Shown piece after piece: positions 53,008 to 60,816 of a stretch of 64,000 bases of DNA (the stretch's first letter is position 1; each line of letters opens with the position of its first letter). Made by a program: the position numbers and the translations under genes. Below the pieces are notes generated by a model. The model did not search any database. It was not told where the DNA came from and saw only the letters and a list, made by a program, of their open reading frames with translations. Source of the DNA: Candidatus Wolfebacteria bacterium GW2011_GWB1_47_1 (lineage in GTDB: Bacteria; Patescibacteriota; Minisyncoccia; UBA6257; UBA9933); assembly GCA_001029635.1 (NCBI GenBank), contig CP011209.1:551774-615773 (forward strand), in the 5' to 3' direction.

Positions 53008-53694
53008 ATGGCTGATTTATATCATGTATTAAATAGGGGGGTTGATAAGAAGAAAATTTTTATAGATGATCAGGACCATTTTCGATTCGTCCATGATCTC
53101 TACGAATTTAATGACGTCGAATCCGCTGATTACATAAGAAATAGCAGGAAGCTTTTTATTAAAGCTAATTTTCCGTCATTCGATGACGGAAAATTAGAAG
53201 AGAGGCAGTCATTAGTGCATGTTCATGCATTTTGTTTAATGCCCAATCACTACCATTTACTACTTAGTCCTGTGGTTGAGGGAGGGATTCCAAAGTTTAT
53301 GAAGAAGTTGAACATGGGGTACTCGCGGTATTTCAATGAGCGGTATGAGCGGAAGGGGACATTGTTTGAAGGAAGATATAAATCAGTTCCAGTGGCGGCG
53401 CAAGCACACTTTATTCATCTGCCATACTATATTCACTTGAATCCATTAGACATGTTCGACTATGGATGGCGGGATCACGCAGTACATAACCATGCCGATG
53501 CAATGCACTATCTTGAGCAGTATCGTTGGTCGAGTCATCTGGATTATCTTGGCAAGAAAAATTTCCCTTCGGTCACACAGCGGGATTTCCTGCTTGAGTT
53601 TTTTGGAGGGCATGAGGGGTATGCGCGGGCACTTGATCGATGGGTGAGGGATATTAGTGTCGGGGATATCCAAGATGTTTTGTTGGAAATATAA
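53008..53694 (+). mobile_element. REP-associated tyrosine transposase (RAYT, Y1/HUH IS200-like family)
   Basis: YHVLNRG, FCLMPNHYHLLL (HUH), GTLFEGRYKS, YIHLNP and YRWSS. Confidence 0.9.
53165..53197. repeat. REP-like palindrome 2, inside the transposase CDS
   Basis: CTAATTTTCCGTCATTCGATGACGGAAAATTAG. Confidence 0.85.
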
Positions 53695-53721
53695 TATTCC
53701 GTCATTCGATGACGGAATATT
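53693..53721. repeat. REP-like palindrome 3, at the transposase stop
   Basis: AATATTCCGTCATTCGATGACGGAATATT. Confidence 0.85.
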
Positions 53722-53766
53722 GGTATTGGGAATAAAAAAGCCGGGCTTGGAGCTCGGCTTTGTGTT

Positions 53767-54156
53767 TTAGTGCGTGTCGGTTGGTAGTTCGTTTTTGTGT
53801 GGAGTGGGAATATCCTTGTAAATGCCGATCGCCATCACTGCCCATATGAGTGCATTGAGCAGGTGCGCGTATTCGAACAAGAGAGGGATCCCGATCGCCG
53901 CATATACGAGTGATACACAGCAGGCCGCTGTTATCATGAGTGCGAAATCCAGCTTGTATTCGTTTTTGGCAAATCCTTTCCAGACAAAGGCCATGAGCGT
54001 CAGCCAATACGCAATGCTCAGCCATCCGACAATTAATAGCGTGCGTGTCTCGCTATTTACTACTTCGAGCATGATCCCTAATTCTGCGAATGTCATCGCT
54101 ATACTGATGAAGAGTGCAGCAATGCTGATCTTACCCGTTGTTCCTTTGCCTGCCAT
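53767..54156 (-). CDS. Four-TM hypothetical protein (cassette)
   Basis: AAGGAGG SD, TTGACA at 54221-54226 and its own terminator. Confidence 0.75.
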   Translation of the reverse strand: MAGKGTTGKISIAALFISIAMTFAELGIMLEVVNSETRTLLIVGWLSIAYWLTLMAFVWKGFAKNEYKLDFALMITAACCVSLVYAAIGIPLLFEYAHLLNALIWAVMAIGIYKDIPTPHKNELPTDTH

Positions 54157-54284
54157 ATGGGCCTCCTTGCATTGCGCGCTATATAGTTACTTTTATTTTT
54201 ATATTGTTTTTTTATAAAAATGTCAATTTATGCGTAAAAAAGCCGGGCATAATGCCCGGCTTTGCGATGGGTGGATGATCCTCT

Positions 54285-54644
54285 TCATATCGCGAGGATC
54301 TTCCTGTAGACAACGTGGAGTATCGCGTACCACAGGAAGCCATTTGCCATGTTGCCGATCTCCCAGAGAATCGGGATGTGTACGAGCGCGCAGAGAATCG
54401 GCATTGCACCAATCAGCGTGACGATAACCACCGGCGCGATATTCGCGATATTCTCGGCAAGTGCGAACCATCCGTAGATGAGAAAGATCATCCAGAGGAC
54501 TGCGCTGGACCACAGTGAATATTGTGCAGGCACATCTTTCAACGTGAGTACCCCCGAGATAAGGCCCATACTAAATAGTACTTGTATAACGCCCATCATC
54601 AGTACGCCCGTGCAAAACATCGCTTGCTTCATTTCCCACTTCAT
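54285..54644 (-). CDS. Four-TM hypothetical protein (cassette), probable paralog of 53767-54156
   Basis: GGAGG SD, TTGACA at 54710-54715 and its own terminator. Confidence 0.72.
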   Translation of the reverse strand: MKWEMKQAMFCTGVLMMGVIQVLFSMGLISGVLTLKDVPAQYSLWSSAVLWMIFLIYGWFALAENIANIAPVVIVTLIGAMPILCALVHIPILWEIGNMANGFLWYAILHVVYRKILAI

Positions 54645-54781
54645 CTGTGTCCTCCGTTATGCGATATAGTAGAATAGCTGATTTTTTTTATATCACATAC
54701 CATTTCTTGTGTCAACTTTATTTCTTAAAAAAAGCCGGGCATAATTGCCCGGCTTGGATAGCTTGCGAGTGTAGGAGTGAA

Positions 54782-55099
54782 TTACCGCGACGTTTCGAAG
54801 ATGGAGAGGAACTCCTCGGTATGTTCGATGAGACCCTCTAGGTTTTCGCGTATGATGCGGGATCCTCCTTGAATCCCGTCCAGGTCATGCGGCTGGAAGC
54901 TGGTCTGCTTGCTGAGATAGGAGATGACGCTTGCCGCCATGTCGGTGACGCAGGCATGGTGACCATCGTCAGGGCTTTCCCACACCCGGTTGCTCGCGCT
55001 GAGCCCCTTCAGTTTCTGTAGGAGCGCCGCAGTGAATGCGTAGTTGAATCCCGTGATGGTTTCTTCCGGACTAATGCATAGTTGCATTTTTTGTTTCAT
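54782..55099 (-). CDS. Hypothetical soluble protein (cassette)
   Basis: AGGAGG SD, TTGACA at 55160-55165 and its own terminator. Confidence 0.7.
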   Translation of the reverse strand: MKQKMQLCISPEETITGFNYAFTAALLQKLKGLSASNRVWESPDDGHHACVTDMAASVISYLSKQTSFQPHDLDGIQGGSRIIRENLEGLIEHTEEFLSIFETSR

Positions 55100-55158
55100 T
55101 TTTGCCTCCTGAGTAAGTTGTATTTGATCTAAATGTATAATATACTATTTTCATAAAA

Positions 55159-56325
55159 ATGTCAATTTTATCCGATCACGTAAAATCGTTCCCCGATAGT
55201 TCTGGGGTATACCGATTCCTTGATGCACAAGGGGGGATTTTATATATCGGCAGGGCTACATCGCTGCGGAAACGGGTGAGTAATTATTTTACCAATCGGA
55301 TCGATGCGCGCATCGCAGAGATGGTGTCGCTTGCCGCTGATATCCGCTATGAACAGACCGATACGGTACTTGAGGCGATCATTCTTGAGGCTAATCTCAT
55401 CAAGAAGTATTGGCCTAAATATAACGTCAAAGACAAGGACAATCGTTCGTTTTTGTACATCGTTATTCCAAAAACGGATTATCCGAAGCCGCTTGTCGTG
55501 CGCCATCGCGAATTGGAAAAGTTTTCCGCGATCAAGGCAGATATCTTTGGTCCGTATCAGAGCATAACATTGATCAAAAATGCTCTGAAGATTATCCGTC
55601 GCATCTTCCCGTATAGTACGTGCGTGCCTAATGTTGGCAAGCCTTGCTTCGACCATCAAATCGGATTGTGCCCGGGTATTTGTGTTGGCGCCATTACAAA
55701 GAAGGATTATCAGAAGAACATCAAGAGCGTTATACTGCTCTTGAGCGGGAAGAAAGAATTACTCCTCAAACGACTTGCCAAGGAGTACCCAGAAAAGGCT
55801 GTAAGTCTGCGACATATTCAAGATGTTTCATTAATCACGCGGGATGAGCTGGTACAGGAAGTGCCTGGAGCGCATCGTATTGAAGGATATGACATCTCCC
55901 ATCTTACAGGCAAAGAAACCTACGGATCTATGGTTGTGTTTACCGATGGAGAAGCGGATAAAGAGCAGTATCGCTTGTTTGCCGTCAGGGATGCGGCGGC
56001 GAGCGATGACCTGCATGCATTGGAGGAAGTGGTAACCCGACGATTTCGTCATGATGAATGGGATCTGCCCGATCTAATCATGATTGACGGGGGGCGACCT
56101 CAGGTGGACCATATCGCGGGCGTTTTCCGCACATATAATATTACAGTGCCTATGGTGGGTATTTCGAAATACAGTGGAGATGCTCTGGTGTTTCCGCTTG
56201 GCACCAAGCAGTCTGTACGGGCCCTTGCGGAGACCTTGAAGCCAGTCCTATTGCGTGTTCGGGACGAAGCGCATCGATTTGCGCTGCGCTCGAGTCGACG
56301 CAAACGGGACAGCCGTATGCGATGA
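55159..56325 (+). CDS. uvrC: Excinuclease ABC subunit C, short form
   Basis: GIY-YIG domain (GVY..LYIGRA..LRKRV), Cys cluster and RNase H-like domain (IEGYDISH, IDGG, RDEAHRFA). Confidence 0.92.
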   Translation: MSILSDHVKSFPDSSGVYRFLDAQGGILYIGRATSLRKRVSNYFTNRIDARIAEMVSLAADIRYEQTDTVLEAIILEANLIKKYWPKYNVKDKDNRSFLYIVIPKTDYPKPLVVRHRELEKFSAIKADIFGPYQSITLIKNALKIIRRIFPYSTCVPNVGKPCFDHQIGLCPGICVGAITKKDYQKNIKSVILLLSGKKELLLKRLAKEYPEKAVSLRHIQDVSLITRDELVQEVPGAHRIEGYDISHLTGKETYGSMVVFTDGEADKEQYRLFAVRDAAASDDLHALEEVVTRRFRHDEWDLPDLIMIDGGRPQVDHIAGVFRTYNITVPMVGISKYSGDALVFPLGTKQSVRALAETLKPVLLRVRDEAHRFALRSSRRKRDSRMR

Positions 56326-56356
56326 GCACAGGGTTGTTTTGTGATATACTATAACC

Positions 56357-56809
56357 ATGCATACATCAATGGAATATTCACAGATCACAGACCAGATCTA
56401 TATTGGAACGAATTTTTGTTGCGAAACTCATTTTGACCCGGAGTTACTCAAGAAGGGGGTTACGTATGATCTTAGCCTTGAAGTCGAGCGAGTCGATGCG
56501 CCAACCGGTGGTGCGGCATACTTATGGCTACCCGTGCCTGATATGCATGCTCCGACTCCGCAGCAATTTTCGATGGGTGTGTCATTTATCAAAACTGCCG
56601 TTCAGTCGGGCCGTAAGATTTATGTTCACTGCAAGAACGGACACGGAAGATCTCCAGTCATGGTTGCCGCATATCTCGTCACGACCGGGTTATCTGCCGA
56701 TGATGCAGTTGCATTAATCAAGCAAAAGCGTCCAGAAATCCATCTGCAAGATGTACAAATGGAGGGGCTTAGGCAATTTGAACAAACCTATCGCTCACAA
56801 AACGCATAA
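56357..56809 (+). CDS. Dual-specificity protein phosphatase
   Basis: VHCKNGHGRS (HCx5R). Confidence 0.92.
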   Translation: MHTSMEYSQITDQIYIGTNFCCETHFDPELLKKGVTYDLSLEVERVDAPTGGAAYLWLPVPDMHAPTPQQFSMGVSFIKTAVQSGRKIYVHCKNGHGRSPVMVAAYLVTTGLSADDAVALIKQKRPEIHLQDVQMEGLRQFEQTYRSQNA

Positions 56810-56817
56810 TCAATTTT

Positions 56818-57639
56818 ATGAAACTGTTTTTACAAAAAAAGAAACCTACAATCGGTCTCGCATTGGGGAGTGGCGGGGCGCATGGGCTTGTTCATATCGG
56901 TATCATCAAGACGCTGCTTGAAAATGATATTCCCATTGATTATATTGCAGGTTCAAGTATCGGGGCGGTCGTTGGTGGTCTCTATGCCGTACACAAAGAC
57001 ATCGATGCCGTTGAGCGTTTCGCATTGACGAGTGATCTCGCTCGTATTTCCCATTTTATCCTCGATCTTTCTGCCAAAGGGGGTATTTTGAGTGGGGATG
57101 CCATAGAGCGTCTTTTACGCCAGGAGCTTGATGGTGCCAGGTTCGAAGACTTACATATTCCGTTTGCCGCTGTTGCGACTGATATTCGTACCGGAAAAGC
57201 CGTTGTTATGCAAAGCGGGGATGTTACAATTGCGCTTCGCGCGAGTATGTCCGTCCCACTTGTTTTTGAGCCGGTCATTCAGGGCTCCCGTACGCTTGTC
57301 GATGGGGGATTGGTCATGCCTGTTCCGGTTGAATTAGTGCGTTCCATGGGTGCGGACATCGTTATTGCCGTTAATCTGGATACGCCGTGTCTGCATGGCG
57401 ATCATACTGATAATCCGAATCTTATGATGATTGCAGATATGACTATGGAGATCCTACGCAACAATCTCGGCGCAACCCAGGCGCAGGCGGCTGACATTGT
57501 TGTTTCTCCTCAATTTGATAAAAAGGTGCTTGTCGGATGGGAAGAATTCCTTCATGCGAAGGATCTGATTGCTCGAGGACAGGATGCCATGGAAGCAGCG
57601 TTGCCACAGGTTCGTACCATGTTATCAAAGATTAAATAA
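56818..57639 (+). CDS. Patatin-like phospholipase (RssA-like)
   Basis: LGSGGAHG, GSSIG and DGG. Confidence 0.93.
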   Translation: MKLFLQKKKPTIGLALGSGGAHGLVHIGIIKTLLENDIPIDYIAGSSIGAVVGGLYAVHKDIDAVERFALTSDLARISHFILDLSAKGGILSGDAIERLLRQELDGARFEDLHIPFAAVATDIRTGKAVVMQSGDVTIALRASMSVPLVFEPVIQGSRTLVDGGLVMPVPVELVRSMGADIVIAVNLDTPCLHGDHTDNPNLMMIADMTMEILRNNLGATQAQAADIVVSPQFDKKVLVGWEEFLHAKDLIARGQDAMEAALPQVRTMLSKIK

Positions 57640-57682
57640 CCTGATACAATAGAACCAATTAATAATCATATATAATTTATCT

Positions 57683-58240
57683 ATGTTTACCACCACTAAT
57701 GTTATCCTGTTTCTCGTCGCCCTGCTTGCTATTTGGGTGATCACCATATTTAACGGCCTTATTCGTAGCCGATTTCGTGTACGAGAGGCATGGTCGGATA
57801 TTGAAGTGCAGTTGAAGCGTCGGTATGACCTTATTCCTAACCTTGTTGATACCGTAAAAGGGTATATGACTCATGAAAAGGATGTGTTTGAGAAGGTTAC
57901 CCAGGCGCGTGCGCAGTCGTTGTCCGCGCAAGGACATACCGAGAAGGGAGCCGCCGAAGGGGAATTGACTTCAACGCTAAAGACATTGTTTGCTGTTTCG
58001 GAAAACTATCCTGAGTTGAAGGCCAATACGAATTTCATGGAGTTGCAGCGTGAATTGTCCGATACGGAAAATAAGATTCAAGCTGCGCGTCGATTCTATA
58101 ATGGAAACGTCCTGGACTACAATACTCGAATCCATGTGTTCCCGACTAACCTTATCGCCGGGCTGTTTCATTTTATTAAGGAAGAATTCTTCCAGCTTGA
58201 TAGTGAGGCAGCAAGAGAACCTGTCGCAGTTAAGTTTTAA
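57683..58240 (+). CDS. lemA: LemA family protein
   Basis: AWSDIEVQLKRRYDLIPNLV, ENYPELKAN and RRFYN. Confidence 0.95.
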   Translation: MFTTTNVILFLVALLAIWVITIFNGLIRSRFRVREAWSDIEVQLKRRYDLIPNLVDTVKGYMTHEKDVFEKVTQARAQSLSAQGHTEKGAAEGELTSTLKTLFAVSENYPELKANTNFMELQRELSDTENKIQAARRFYNGNVLDYNTRIHVFPTNLIAGLFHFIKEEFFQLDSEAAREPVAVKF

Positions 58241-58273
58241 TATAAAATATAAAAATATAACATTGTTTTGTTT

Positions 58274-58357
58274 ATGAAAATCTCAAAGAATTTCCAGAAG
58301 GCAGTTGTCATTATTGTCGGTATTATTACCATTGTCGGCATGACGGGTATGTTTTAA
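58274..58357 (+). CDS. Putative 27-aa single-pass membrane microprotein
   Basis: Manual translation MKISKNFQKAVVIIVGIITIVGMTGMF; fills the gap between lemA and the hydrolase. Confidence 0.5.
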   Translation: MKISKNFQKAVVIIVGIITIVGMTGMF

Positions 58358-58374
58358 CGGATAACCCATCATTT

Positions 58375-59049
58375 ATGGAATTATTGCATCTCACTACTTC
58401 CGATGTCGTAAAACTCACCGCGAATTATTTTCCGGTCGATCGTAAAAAATATCCCAACCCAAAAGGTTGGGTTGTTTTCTTGCATATGATGCCCGCGACC
58501 AAGGAATCGTGGAACGTGTTAGCCGATCAGTTGCAGCAGTATGGGTATGCGGGGATTGCGATCGATTTGCGCGGTCACGGGTCTTCGGACGGAGGCCCTC
58601 AAGGATTTATGGAATTTAGCGATGCCGAGCATCAGGATAGTGTTCGCGATATTGATGCGGCCATCGACTTACTTACTGCGATCGGTGCCCGACGTGAGCG
58701 AATTATCCTTATCGGAGCATCGATCGGCGCAAACCTGGCCTTACAATATGTTGTACGCCATCGCGATCTCAAAAAATGCGTGTTGCTTTCTCCCGGGCTT
58801 GATTACCATGGCATCTTGGCGAAGCCGCTTATCGAAGCACTAACCGAAGATAAACAGCTCCTCATCATTGGATCGCATGATGATGATCGCGTCATCGATA
58901 ATGCTGCCGATATTACAACGCTATGGGGTTCTATTCCGCATGGCGTAATCGCACAAAAGGAGTTAGTTGAAACCGGAGGACATGGTAGCACAATACTAAC
59001 CCATCATCCTGAACTCATTGAAACAATCATTACATTTATTACATCATGA
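58375..59049 (+). CDS. Alpha/beta hydrolase
   Basis: DLRGHGSS, GASIG and GGHG. Confidence 0.9.
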   Translation: MELLHLTTSDVVKLTANYFPVDRKKYPNPKGWVVFLHMMPATKESWNVLADQLQQYGYAGIAIDLRGHGSSDGGPQGFMEFSDAEHQDSVRDIDAAIDLLTAIGARRERIILIGASIGANLALQYVVRHRDLKKCVLLSPGLDYHGILAKPLIEALTEDKQLLIIGSHDDDRVIDNAADITTLWGSIPHGVIAQKELVETGGHGSTILTHHPELIETIITFITS

Positions 59050-59696
59050 CAAAGAAAGATTATTTGCTTGGCGTTGTGGCAGGATTACTTATCGGATTGC
59101 TCGCTATGCCTGCCCTGTCTGCCGGGCTGACCGTATCGCTGTATAATTCCATTCGTATATTCATTATCCCTTTCTTTTTACTGGGTACTCCGTTGGGATT
59201 ATACGTGGCAGCTTTGCTTGGTAAGAAGATCCCTGCCGTATGGCAGATCGGCAAGTTTGGTGTTATTGGTATATTAAACACACTTGTCGATCTTGGTGTC
59301 CTTGCGGCAATCGCTTCCTTTGTCAATTCGCGCTATGGGGTTGAGTCGGATTATATCATTGGAATGATCGGCACGTGGACGGTTACGATCTATACTATGT
59401 ATAAGGCAATCTCCTTTGTGGTTGCGAATATCAATAGCTATCTATGGAACAAGTATTGGACGTTTGCCGTCGGTGTCGCACAGAAGACAAAGGCTGAATA
59501 TCTTCAGTTCTTCATTATTAGTATCGTTGGGTTCGTTATCAATGTTGCCGTATCTTCCGTTGCATTTGTATTTGCCTTGGGCTTAGAAGGTTTGACTTCT
59601 GGGCAAGCGGGATCGATTGGCGCATTAACAGGAACAGTACTAGGCCTCCTATGGAATTTCGTGGGATATAAATTTATCGTATTTAAAAATAAATAA
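59046..59696 (+). CDS. GtrA family protein
   Basis: KFGVIGILNTLVD, NSYLWNKYWTF and WNFVGYKFIVF. Confidence 0.9.
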   Translation: MTKKDYLLGVVAGLLIGLLAMPALSAGLTVSLYNSIRIFIIPFFLLGTPLGLYVAALLGKKIPAVWQIGKFGVIGILNTLVDLGVLAAIASFVNSRYGVESDYIIGMIGTWTVTIYTMYKAISFVVANINSYLWNKYWTFAVGVAQKTKAEYLQFFIISIVGFVINVAVSSVAFVFALGLEGLTSGQAGSIGALTGTVLGLLWNFVGYKFIVFKNK

Positions 59697-59990
59697 CGAA
59701 AAAAATTCATGCGTTGCATGAATTTTTTTATTTTTTTAAAAAAAATAATTAAAAATAAAATATAAAAATAATTTTTTGAAAAATTTGAGTTATCCACATT
59801 GTAAAAATATTTTTTTTATTACAAAATTAAAGTATAAGAAAAATAAATAAACAAAAGTAAAAAATATTTTTATCTTTTATTTATTTTTTTTATTGCTTGG
59901 TCATCGATTTAAAATATATTTGATTGGTCGACAAATTTATTTTGAATATAAAAACAAATAATATTTTTCATTTATGCATCTCGATGCATT
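59697..59990. other. Extremely AT-rich intergenic tract with one DnaA-box match
   Basis: Long A/T runs, TTATCCACA at 59790-59798, and an inverted repeat AAAAAATTCATGC-GTT-GCATGAATTTTTT at its left edge. Confidence 0.7.
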
Positions 59991-60010
59991 CATGAAATTA
60001 CAACATCACT

Positions 60011-60166
60011 ATGGCAGTAAAGAAAGCCGCCAAAAAGGCAGTGAAGAAGGCCGTTAAGAAGGTAGCCAAAAAGGCAGTGAAGAAGGCCGTTAAGAAGGTA
60101 GTGAAGAAGGCCGTTAAGAAGGTAGCTAAAAAGAAAGTTGCCAAGAAAGTTGCAAAGAAGAAATAA
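60011..60166 (+). CDS. Histone H1-like Lys/Ala/Val repeat protein (51 aa)
   Basis: MAVKKAAKKAVKKAVKKVAKKAVKKAVKKVVKKAVKKVAKKKVAKKVAKKK, with synonymous codon variation among repeats and its own terminator. Confidence 0.85.
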   Translation: MAVKKAAKKAVKKAVKKVAKKAVKKAVKKVVKKAVKKVAKKKVAKKVAKKK

Positions 60167-60175
60167 ATCTTTTTA

Positions 60176-60211
60176 AAGATCGCCCTGGAGTCTTTCCAGG
60201 GCGGTTTTTTT
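60176..60211 (+). terminator. Intrinsic terminator of the H1-like gene
   Basis: ATCGCCCTGGA-GTCTT-TCCAGGGCGGT+T-run. Confidence 0.85.
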
Positions 60212-60338
60212 ATGGTAGTATTCTGATATATAGGAAAGGGGAATTAACCATCAAAACCTTCGTATTTTGGGAGTCATGTGGCGATGCTAGTCGGCATGCG
60301 CATGTACTTCGTCCTAATTCGATCGTTTTGTCAATTGC

Positions 60339-60689
60339 ATGCAAATCATTATAAAAACAACGCAGGTCGAGCTTACTGAGGCATTGACTCAGTATGTCGA
60401 GGAGCGTATCGGGGGATTGGAAAAATACATTGGACGTTTTGAGGAGGAGGGTTCTGCTGTCGCGCGTGTCGAGCTTGCGCGCACTACACAGCACCATCGT
60501 CACGGGGATGTCTTTAGTGTTGAAGTCAATTTGCAGATCGCAGGGGAAGTGATTCGCGCATCGCGTGATGGGGAAGAGATGTATGCGACGATCGATGAAG
60601 TGAAGGATATTCTCAAAGCAGAGATCCAAAAATTTAAAGATCTGCATGTCGAAAAGCCCATCTCCGACGCCCAGCGAGGGGAAGTGTAA
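60339..60689 (+). CDS. raiA: Ribosome hibernation factor (short HPF/RaiA)
   Basis: MQIIIK...ELTEAL.QYVEERI..LEKY and EEMYATIDEV. Confidence 0.9.
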   Translation: MQIIIKTTQVELTEALTQYVEERIGGLEKYIGRFEEEGSAVARVELARTTQHHRHGDVFSVEVNLQIAGEVIRASRDGEEMYATIDEVKDILKAEIQKFKDLHVEKPISDAQRGEV

Positions 60690-60816
60690 GTAATATAGCT
60701 CGTAGGCGAAATGCGGGGAGCAGTTAATGCTTCCTGTATTCATTTCCGCATAAGAAAGATACGCATGTATAGATTCCTCCGTCAATCGGTGGACGAGAAT
60801 AATAGTAAACGCATTT

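Larger units (their letters stand above)
52869..54755 (-). repeat. Four copies of an AAAAAAGCCGGGC-loop-GC(C/T)CGGCTT hairpin/terminator (52869-52897, 53734-53761, 54236-54263, 54727-54755)
   Basis: Directly repeated hairpin with a U-tract on the minus strand. Confidence 0.85.

Noticed and set aside
52869-54755. CRISPR array or classical integron
   Set aside because: The repeats are about 500-900 bp apart with genes between them and look like terminators; no cas gene, tyrosine integrase or attC RYYYAAC/GTTRRRY ends were seen.
55159-56325. uvrC, uvrB, infB and pheT as pseudogenes because they are short
   Set aside because: Frames and catalytic motifs are intact, which is consistent with streamlining.
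60011-60166. Non-coding tandem repeat or CRISPR
   Set aside because: Repeat units vary at synonymous positions and form an open frame with start, stop and terminator, so it was called a CDS.
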